NCBI GenBank assembly: GCA_002269645.1
Contig: NIVC01000437.1
Span: 1 to 64,000, forward strand
Length of the DNA: 64,000 bases
Direction of reading: 5' to 3'
Source of the DNA: Macrostomum lignano
Lineage: Eukaryota
The position numbers and the translations under genes are program-made. Below, in pieces: positions 48,538 to 64,000 of this stretch. Numbering within the stretch: position 1 is the stretch's first letter; every line of letters begins with the position of its first letter. The notes below the pieces were generated by a model. The model saw only the letters and a list, made by a program, of their open reading frames with translations. It was not told the origin of the DNA and made no database searches.

Positions 48538-49210
48538 GGACTGCTGGTACCGAGAAGTCGCCCGACTGTCAATTGAGCAGTTTAACTGCACCATATGGCG
48601 GCTCCCGCTGCCCTGGGAGTATCGCGCAGCGCCATCGTGCTTTAATCTGACCCAAGTTCCTTCTCCTCCGCAGATCAACCCGACTCTACTCAGACAGCGA
48701 GAGGCAGTTTTGTACAATGCGACCGATCTGTGCAGTGGCAAACCGCCCTGCAAGCTGCGGACGTACAGTTACGCTTACTCTTCTAGCGACTGGCCATCCG
48801 ATGCGTACTGGAACACCTTTCTTAGAAGCTATATCAGTAGTTTTCTGATCAATAGAAATGGACCAACGCCCGGATTTTCGTATTTAGTACACAATGCTAC
48901 TATTGAACAAGTTCGGCAGTCACTGCTTCTCCTGGAACTGTCTGGAGCCGAGTTTAGAAGTCCCGAAGTTCGCCTGTCACTTGCGTACAGTTTCAATTCG
49001 TTGACTGCCGATGTTGGAGGTTTGTTGGGCCTCTTTCTGGGCATGTCGCTTTTGTCGGTGCTGGAACTGCTGGAGCTGCTGCACGACTGTTGCCTGATCC
49101 TTGGTAGGCGGCTGCGCCTGCGGCTGCTCAGAAAAGCAGTTGGCGACTCGCCTGAGAAAGAGAGCGGCACCGAACCTGGCGAGTTTGGCGAGACGAGTTC
49201 GGCCTTCTAG
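48537..49210 (+). CDS. DEG/ENaC (ASIC/pickpocket-like) channel, 3' part only: cysteine-rich thumb, post-thumb segment, TM2 and C-tail
   Basis: Frame is open from 48533 to stop 49210: DCWYREV...FNCTIW...CFNLT...C..KPPCKLRTYSYAYSSSDWPS...YSFNSLTADVGGLLGLFLGMSLLSVLELLE. Upstream exons were not found in the window. Confidence 0.88.
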
Positions 49211-50648
49211 CTTTGAGAAGGGCATCATTTGTTAAAGGACTTGAAACGTTGTAGACACAACACACATGGTTACCGTACATACAGAGGTCAATGCATGTAC
49301 TTAGCCGCCTGGGCTGGGAATACTCATTGTTTGCTCTAAGATCGTGATTAAACTACCACTGTGTTACAACTGTAGCAGTATTGGTCAGAAAACAGAATAA
49401 CTGCTTGTAGTATTGTAGACGTCTTATATATCTTTTTTTATATATTCTAATATCACTAAAAATCCACCTTTCTGCGTTTTATTTGGTAAAAACTGCTTTC
49501 AGTTTGGTGCGACACACGCAGCGGAAACGAGCCAGGCCGAAAGATATGGTTTGCCATAGGCATGTACAGAAAACCAGCAACCAATTTGGTTGGAACTGGT
49601 TCTAATTGGGATAACTAAAGATTCTCTCACGGTCCACCCAGCTGATTTTGGAATAAGGGCCTCTATGTGCCATGCCTCAACTTCTTATCTATTGTACTAA
49701 GCTGCTATTCTTGGGCAGACCAAATTGGACGCAGCAGTTTTCAAATTGCATGTCCAAATTCCAAATGCTTTCTGCATTCTTCTTAAGTCTATGGCCGGAC
49801 CCTAAGTGGCTGACATGTCCGCCTGCTACGAAGAGAATTCGAACCAAATTAAACGCAGATTTCACCAAATAGAGCGCAAAAATATAATTAGTCATCACCT
49901 ATTTCAAACGATAGTCGATTGAAGTACATCTCACACAATTTTTGCCATTACGAGCGTACTATCGTAAATTCTATTAAAATTAGAAAGAAAAGAAAGAATT
50001 AGCAAGTTTAGTCGATATTAATAAATATATCTAGTCTTGAAGTTTGGCCATGAGCGATGAGAGGACACATGTAGTATATAAGAAGCGATTTCGGTCCAAA
50101 CAAGTGGGTTTACCGAGTTGGCAAAGAAATTTTATCAAACCAGTGTTTACAAGCCTTATATTCTGACACTGTCGAACGCCACCTATTTGCCACGTCACCC
50201 ATATACAGGAGCATTATATTTCTTGTACAATAATCTTATAAATGTGCAGAGAACTAATACAACTCACTGTGTTCCACCTATTATTGCACACTGACCAGAA
50301 AAGATTTAAAGAAGCGCACAAAAATCTTTTTGAGCCCCCATATGCCACGAGTAAAATTCAACAGACGTGTGTTCTTGTGCTCTGAATGGGTGAATAATGG
50401 CATTTTCTAAGAAAAAAACGTAAGCAGCTTTAAGCGGATTTGGACTGCAGCGCAAGCTTGTAGGAAAATCCTCCAATTGGGCTACCGCTGCTGCAGCGGA
50501 CCTGAGTTTGGCATTCCCTGCCCAAGCTGTTGCCATTATGCCGCATATTTATATTTTGCTTTGCCTGTAAAGTTTTTACTATGACCGCCGGACCCATACT
50601 GCTGCATAGACCCAGAAAAGCAAGCTTTCAGACACGAATCTGCATGCA

Positions 50649-57130
<6,482 letters not shown>

Positions 57131-57574
57131 TTTTTCAATGCGTTGAAGCCGATTTTTTTAAATTTACCGCATAATTAATTACGTCTAATTACTCCCGTAG
57201 TTTCGTTTTAAGTGATCGAAGCAAAATAGTTGACGGTTTCGGTCACTTGGTTCAACTATATGTTAGCACAAGCCATGCGCAGATCATTATATTGCTAAGC
57301 TTCGTATTTAAAATATTGCTTCATTAACGCTTCACTGCAAATGCTGATATTTAAATTTTGATCGAAAATAAGTTAACTCAATAATTTCTTCCAAAAAAAA
57401 CTTGACAAAATCATTATTCATTTTATCTTTAAATGCATTAGATTATTTGCCATGGCATACAAAACTTTCCTTCTCCTTTTCCTTTTCGATTCAAAAAGAT
57501 TCAAAAAGTTTACCAATCTTTTGGGTTACTTTACATATACTAAACACTAATTATTACATCTTTGATTCTGTAAC

Positions 57575-57825
57575 AGACAGAGAGACCGACGGACAAACAA
57601 ACAGACACCAACACAGGCAGACAGACACTAAGACAGGCAGACACTAAGACAGCAGATAGACAGACGGATAGACAGACAGACAGACACTAAGACCGACACT
57701 AAGACAGACAGGCAGACAGACAGACAGACACTAAGACCGACACTAAGACAGACAGGCAGACAGACAGACAGATAGACAGACAGACAGACAGGCAGACAGA
57801 CAGTCAGACACTAAGACCGACACTA

Positions 57826-57866
<41 letters not shown>

Positions 57867-57867
57867 G
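57575..57867. repeat. Compound GACA microsatellite with repeated CACTAAGACCGACACTAAGACAG
   Basis: Directly visible. Confidence 0.9.
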
Positions 57868-58251
57868 TGTCAGCAAGCTTCTAGTTATTGACAATCAGCT
57901 GATACAATCATATAGCTGAATCTAAAAACAAAAAGAAATCAAAACTGGTTTGTTGCACATACTGCATGTGTAGTGTGAAGTCGCGTGCAAAGTTTGTATT
58001 TTAATTCTGCCTTAAACGTCCGCCATACACTACGCAAAATGAGGTTCAGCAAATAAAAAATGGACGCTAAAACTATACACTCAAACACAAGGAGTTCTTG
58101 AAAAAGTGGGTTACCCTAGACCAACTGAAATACAAACTACATAACTGTAGTTTTAGGACGCTAAAATGCGCTTTTGAACAAAAAGCTGCTTGAATGAACA
58201 TTGTTTTAATTTTAAACTTTACTTCAAAGAAAACTACCAGAGGCAGCGCAC

Positions 58252-60108
58252 TTACTGGATATTTTTAATAAAATTAGTATTCAGCATATACAGCTCATAA
58301 CAGCAGGGTCTTTTCAAGCCGCTGTATGATTTATATAATCTTGACCAGGGGTTCATGTCCCATTTCCAAGTTCGAAAGCCGATGTTGAAAATGTCCAAAA
58401 GAATCCTTACGAACCGACGGTAGTTAGATGCTCTGTAAAAGTAGCCGTCCGTGTGCGTCTCAAACAGAAGCTGCTTCACCCTAGCCAGGCAGCCCTCTTG
58501 TAAAGCCTGCGCTAGCGAGTCCCATTCTGCATATTCGATGTCAATCTTGAGAATGTCGATAGTCGAATTGCCCGGCACAAGTTCCTGAAACAGTTGGCAC
58601 AGAGAGCGCATCTTCCATCCTTCGGATGAGGTTTCATTGTTTGACGACAGACCGATGCTGTAGAACCAGGAACTGTTCTTACGCCTGTGATCCTTCACGC
58701 CTAGCATGCTGGGGTCAAACATGAACACTCGGCAGCCGAATCTGTCCGCTAACTCGTCATCGTATTCCCAAACGTCATTGATCCCGAACGAGAAGGCGAT
58801 GCAGCCTTTTGACCGACGAATGTCAAAGGGCTTGCTGAAGCAGACATCCCAACCGCCATCCTTTATGGACCCGATTCGCTTGCTATTAGGGCAGAAGATA
58901 TGCTGCTGCTCTACTAGCTGATAGTACAGATATTCCAATTGGGTCTGAGACATGGCAGCGAGGTTAGCTCGGAGTGCTACACGAATTTGATCACAGTGCT
59001 GTCCTTTGAAAATTGGATTATTCTTCAGAGGAAAGTCAATAAAGCTTCCAATGTCGTTCGTCAGTTTGATATTGGCAGAGTGGCTGCTTAGGAAATTGAC
59101 GTTAATGTAGCTTAGGTGCACTATACTGGCACCTATTGAGGTGTTTGCTTTAAGTGCACTTACATTCCATTGTCGAAATCCAACACTTTTCAGTTCCATC
59201 AGAGCACGAATATTTCTTTGAAGCTCGTCAGACGTCGGAGACTTTGTTACGTCGAATTCAATATTCAAGAGTAGCTGCTTTGTTAGTCCCAGCGAACCGT
59301 CAGTCGCGGCAGTTTTCAGCAGTGAAAAATGTCCTGACTGGATGTCGATTTTCAACACGTCGATCACTGATTTATCGGCTTTGAAGCGCTTTAGGTAGCC
59401 GAGATAAGTGTTGGTACCGACAATGTCGTTAGTAGTGAAGTTACCTAGACCCTCTCTGAGCAGTAGAATGCGTTCACTGTGCAGTCGACTAGATCGCGTC
59501 ATTTTCGGGTAAAATGACAATACATAGCAGCCATGAACTGTGGAGAAGTGTTCTTCGAATACTGGAGACGTCACATTGTCGCTGAATGAGAAGACGTAGC
59601 AAGGCTGAGTTGGACTGTATTGACCCGCCGTGCACACGTTGTAGCCAGTCGTATTTTTACCGTTTTTAACCATTGCAGTCTGGTTATTGTCGTGACAGAG
59701 CTCCGTTGACTGCTTCAGCATCTGCTTGAACATATTTTCCAACTCTGGTTTTGTTTTGCTTTGCAGTTGGTGTCGAGTTAAGAGCTTGGAACGCTTGATG
59801 GTTGCCTTGGCCATGTCAACATTCCAGAGCCATTGCGCAAGTGTTCCCAAGGATAAAAAGCTGCTCCCTGGTTTACCTGTTAAAGTTTCGGAAGTTTGTG
59901 TATATTGGCTCAATTGAGCAACGAACTTACTGGATCCACTGCGTAGAATTACAGTTTTTATACTTATTACAGTCAGCATTGCAATTATAAATCCGATGGT
60001 TATTCTTTTTAAGCATGTCGTACTTTGAAAACAGCCGTGCCTCCTCCATTCGACCAGAAGCAGATGCATCGTGCGCGATTTTGTCTGACTGAGAGAATCC
60101 TCTTGCAT
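58252..60108 (-). CDS. METTL24: Intronless METTL24-like protein (Methyltransf_22/FkbM-like), 618 aa, N-terminal signal anchor plus two tandem domains
   Basis: Domain 2 has CPNSKRIGSIKDGGWDVC, CIAFSFGIND, GCRVFMFDPS, IDILKIDIEYAEW and VKQLLFETH. Domain 1 has GYNVC, CYVFSFS, GCYVLSFYP, IDVLKIDIQSGHF and TKQLLLNIE. The symbol is family-level only. Confidence 0.88.
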   Translation of the reverse strand: MQEDSLSQTKSRTMHLLLVEWRRHGCFQSTTCLKRITIGFIIAMLTVISIKTVILRSGSSKFVAQLSQYTQTSETLTGKPGSSFLSLGTLAQWLWNVDMAKATIKRSKLLTRHQLQSKTKPELENMFKQMLKQSTELCHDNNQTAMVKNGKNTTGYNVCTAGQYSPTQPCYVFSFSDNVTSPVFEEHFSTVHGCYVLSFYPKMTRSSRLHSERILLLREGLGNFTTNDIVGTNTYLGYLKRFKADKSVIDVLKIDIQSGHFSLLKTAATDGSLGLTKQLLLNIEFDVTKSPTSDELQRNIRALMELKSVGFRQWNVSALKANTSIGASIVHLSYINVNFLSSHSANIKLTNDIGSFIDFPLKNNPIFKGQHCDQIRVALRANLAAMSQTQLEYLYYQLVEQQHIFCPNSKRIGSIKDGGWDVCFSKPFDIRRSKGCIAFSFGINDVWEYDDELADRFGCRVFMFDPSMLGVKDHRRKNSSWFYSIGLSSNNETSSEGWKMRSLCQLFQELVPGNSTIDILKIDIEYAEWDSLAQALQEGCLARVKQLLFETHTDGYFYRASNYRRFVRILLDIFNIGFRTWKWDMNPWSRLYKSYSGLKRPCCYELYMLNTNFIKNIQ

Positions 60109-60224
60109 AAAATCCGATTGCTTATTTAATTTACGTTTAATGGGCGCCTTCGCAGCAAGGAATCAATAGTCTATGGTACAACTACTTTTGTACCGGGACC
60201 AATATATCATTTAATGGTCATTTA

Positions 60225-60452
60225 ACAGTAAACATTTGTAAGTTTTCCCACAAAAATTTGGTTGCGAAAAATTGCTCCAGAGGCGAGTTATTGAGCACAG
60301 AAGTGTACGCTAGCAAAAGATTGTCTATGGCAGCTGTGTATGGCAAAGCTTGGCAGAAAAGCTAACGTTCACTTCTGTGCTCAATAACTCGCCTCTGGAG
60401 CAATTTTTCGCCACCAAATGTTTGTGGGAAAAAACTTACAAATGTTTACTGT
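60225..60452. mobile_element. MITE-like inverted repeat, ~81-bp arms around a 64-bp spacer
   Basis: 60225-60305 is a near-perfect reverse complement of 60370-60452. No clean target duplication was identified. Confidence 0.8.
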
Positions 60453-60959
60453 GGACCTGTTAAATTACTGTGCTATAGGCCTAACTGCTCACTCACAGTG
60501 AGCGCACAAAGTGTTACCTTTTTTTGGGACACCCGTTATGTGTAGTCTCTGGCCCGAAAAAAAGACTCAGTGTAAAAGTAGAAGCTGCACTTTGTACTTC
60601 AACTGCAGACATAGCAATGGATAAATAATCAGCGGTCCCAGTGCGTGACAACGATTGAGACTTGAGTTTATTTGAGTCTGTTGAGACTCTTGAGTCTGTT
60701 TAGACTCTACTGGTTGCAGTCTCCAGAAGGACTGCCCCTGATAGGTCTTAGAGGACTATCAGAGGTTTCCATAGCCATACCTAGAGTGCATAGAGGCACT
60801 GCTAGAAGAAGGAGGCTTAATTCAGACCGCAGTTTGGCGCAGGGATCCCATTGTTAATTCTGAAGCTTCCTATTGGTCCGAGCGACAGAATCCGGCCGGA
60901 ACTAATTGAAGAAGGAAAGAATACTCGGACCCGACCTACGAACGACAGTCAGAAGTGAC

Positions 60960-62645
60960 TGTAGCGTATTCACTAATATTATAAAAGTATTGCAGCTAGC
61001 GTATTATAACTACTGTATTCTAGAAACTTCCGCGTAAACACGCACTTTCCATATTTGGCATTTTGAATTCCCGCGCACCCCCATTCTAGAAACTGCTTCT
61101 CGAACTTTCCGGATTCCGGAATGTTCCATCAACACGAATATAAATATACAGCACCCTAGCACGCAATTACTCAAGCCCGTTTTCTCTATTCTTTTCCACA
61201 CGGAAAACAATCAAAGAAAAATTAAAGCAAACGAACCACCGCGTTTCACGCCTCAATTATTTTCGCAATTCTACAACTGGTCCGGTGAGGCGTCCAAAAT
61301 TCATCTGAGTCCCCAGCAGGGGGCTAGGCCGTCGAAGTGCGTGTAAATATCCGTGTAAATACTGCCTGAATGTAGCATAACGCCATCATCGACATTGCCA
61401 TCAACGCCATGCCTCATCGTCGTCTGCACGCGCCCGTCGTCCACGCCACCACTGGATATAGCTACCGGATGCATCATACATGTACGACACGATATTAACC
61501 TGATCGACGTAATTCTACAAACGTGGTATCGAAGTTGACACGGAACTCATCGACGACAGACAGACAAATGCCTACACGGGTATTACCAGGCCGTTCGATA
61601 GAGTCTTCCGTGAACCCCACCAAATTCTACGCCAAAATAAGCCGAAATATCACCAGTCAACCAAGCTGCTATATTGAACAAGGAACGCGCGGCTGAAACC
61701 TTCGGCGATCGTCTTTATATGACACCTTCCACGAGGTGATCGACATCCCGAGGGGCAACCCAGCCTGTCAATCGGTTCGTCTTGTGCGCTCCATCAGCCA
61801 TGCCCAGCAATATTCAGCGACTGCCCGCCGTCGTCCTCATATTATTCTCGGGAGTCTGCCTGCAATTCGAAAGGTCGTCCTGCCTGACGATCCGTCGTCC
61901 TGGAGTGTGGCTGAGCGTGCCACAAGCATCCCAAGTTCTCCTACCAGAAGCGCGTTGCGTGTACACCTGCTACGAGATGCCTACCGAAGCAGAGCGACAG
62001 CCCGCCTCGACTCACGGTGCACCGATCTTGTTCCGGGTGTCGTCTGTCTGCATCCTGGCACATTCCGTCTATGTACATTGCTATTCGGCCAATCGGGGGC
62101 ATCGCAGTAAGGTCTGATTTGCGAAATAACTAATTAATCAAGCAGCTTGACTTCACAAGTAATAACGTTTCACTTATTATTGAATATGTACATCATCGCC
62201 CCTATGCTGTAACAGTTTGAAATCTGCATGTACAAACGTACATGTCCATCCCCCCCCAATTCATCGTCTAATGTATATAATTTTTTCCTGTACTTCTCCA
62301 GGTGACTCCGTCTCCGGCGGGGGAACTGTTGTAGCGTATTCACTAATATTATAAAAGTATTGCAGCTAGCGTATTATAACTACTGTATTCTAGAAACTTC
62401 CGCGTAAACACGCACTTTCCATATTTGGCATTTTGAATTCCCGCGCACCCCCATTCTAGAAACTGCTTCTCGAACTTTCCGGATTCCGGAATGTTCCATC
62501 AACACGAATATAAATATACAGCACCCTAGCACGCAATTACTCAAGCCCGTTTTCTCTATTCTTTTCCACACGGAAAACAATCAAAGAAAAATTAAAGCAA
62601 ACGAACCACCGCGTTTCACGCCTCAATTATTTTCGCAATTCTACA
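60960..62645 (+). mobile_element. Non-autonomous LTR retroelement (TRIM-like), 1686 bp
   Basis: 316-bp LTRs at 60960-61275 and 62330-62645 have TGTAG...CTACA ends. The 4-bp TSD TGAC is at 60956-60959 and 62646-62649. A PBS-like TGGTCCGGTGAGG follows the 5' LTR and a G-rich PPT-like GGCGGGGGAAC precedes the 3' LTR. No recognisable gag or pol. Confidence 0.92.
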
Positions 62646-62974
62646 TGACTACAGACGAGATCTACCCGAGATCGACATTGAAGAGATATCTCATAAGGAC
62701 TCAAGGTAATTGAATACCTTCTGTTGACTTACTGGGTTGCCTAGCTACTGAGCTAGAAGTGATTGTTCCTTGATTATCGAAAGTCGGGTAATAAGGAACA
62801 CATCATTACAACAAAAATAGTGAAAAGAAGATAGAATAGAAACAATATAATATTAATATTTGATTACACCTGTCCCAATAAGCAGATGTGCAACCGACAG
62901 CTCAGCTGCAACTATTGCGCGGCGCGACTGAAGGCTGAGTATGGCGGCTGATCAGTCCAAGGACTAATGAGGGG

Positions 62975-63168
62975 GGGGGGGGTAAACACACATTCTCAAT
63001 TATCTCAGCTAATGCTGGCGCACAGATTACAGCGGGGTGAACTGAAGTAATGCAGAGTTAAGTGTCTTTCTCTTTCTCCAGGACAAATTGTTCTGAGTGG
63101 AGTCGAAAATCGAACCCCTGACCTGCAAGTCGTGAGTCCGACGCTCTAACCACTGGGCCACAACCTCC
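62975..63168 (-). mobile_element. tRNA-derived SINE
   Basis: Minus strand has GGAGGTTGTGGCCCAGTGGTTAGAGC (A-box) and GGGGTTCGATTTTC (B-box-like), then GTCCTGGAGAAAG...AAGACACTTAAC...TTCACCCCGCTGTAA, which resembles conserved invertebrate SINE central domains. Confidence 0.7.
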
Positions 63169-64000
63169 AAGCCACCGAAACATCATCTTGAAACAATTTT
63201 CTTTCAAGTTTTCAACTCGACAATGTTTTCAGTTTCATCATAAAATCATTTTTTCTCCCTGTGTGTGAGATTCTTTTGAGTTGCACTCGCGATGCTTCTA
63301 GTTGCCACCAAATTGCTTTGTTGAAGCGAGTCCCCACCAGCCTTTTAGCTCCCGATTTGTCGACGCAACACTCATCCTGAGGACTATGGGCATTTTTGCT
63401 TTAGAATAACACAACTCAGAAATAGCTCACGACCGATTCACAGGAATACTCGATATTCATGTAAGGGGTCTTTGACTCAAAAACACAAAAATTAATATTT
63501 ACTTGAGATAGATGAAGCTGAGAGATCTGTGAAGCTAACAAGAGTCTCTTTGTGCCACAAGCAGACTGAAAGCCCGGCTGTAGTGGCGTGCGGTGTGGAA
63601 TTTTGATTAATTTGGGCGGCCAACTTTAGAGCGCCCGTGACGTGGTTTGTATTGCATCACTGTTGCTGTCTCTCTGACACCTTATCACTAAGTGGATGTG
63701 TACTTTTGAACATTTACTTTCTTATGCTGCATAATTAAATCATTCGCGCATTTAAATAATAAAAGGCTTACAGTTATGAGAACTATTCTTTAATTTTCTT
63801 TAATCAGACAAACTATATGACATGTACAACAACAGCGTGCAAAATGTCCTGACAGGTGTATTGAAATGACCGAAACCAATTTGATCAATATTATCGTGCA
63901 TCTCGGTAAGTAAAATTTTCAAACCCAGCGTGTACGTAAAGCAAAGTTTATTGAACATGGAATACGCAGTAAAACTTCAATTGTTTATGCGTGTGCATGA

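Noticed and set aside
61736-62117. ORFs inside the LTR element as gag or integrase
   Set aside because: They are short and have no CCHC, RT, RNase H or DDE motifs that I could recognise.
60915-62710. Possible host exon split by the LTR insertion (LKKERILGPD...|...DLPEIDIEEISHKDS)
   Set aside because: Only ~36 codons after removing the element, with no recognisable family and no supported acceptor.
63098-63168. Functional tRNA genes (also 54216, 16558, 22461, 26404)
   Set aside because: A/B boxes are present, but acceptor and anticodon stems do not pair; treated as SINE heads or tRNA-like remnants.

Overview
Eukaryotic, invertebrate-animal-like genomic DNA with spliceosomal GT-AG introns and TTAGGG tracts; there are no prokaryotic features. 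1-2600 is AT-rich and non-coding. 2618-8995 is a GGCGCC-rich satellite of 158/138-bp monomers. About 10.3-48.5 kb is one continuous, same-strand (minus), head-to-tail train of Helitron elements. It begins with an element carrying a 7-exon, 1162-aa STPR-OTU-zinc finger-Rep(HUH/Y2) reading frame cut off before the helicase. Two non-autonomous relatives with different 23-bp minisatellites follow, then ten tandem units of a second non-autonomous family with CTCG|TC junctions, subterminal inverted repeats, telomere-like tracts and CT-rich cargo. The train ends directly against the 3' part of a DEG/ENaC channel gene. Further right are an 11-exon prolyl 4-hydroxylase alpha-like gene lacking two of three iron ligands, an intronless tandem-domain METTL24-like gene, a MITE-like inverted repeat, a young 1.7-kb non-autonomous LTR element and two tRNA-derived SINEs. 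All protein-family calls come from motif recognition by eye; no database search was run.
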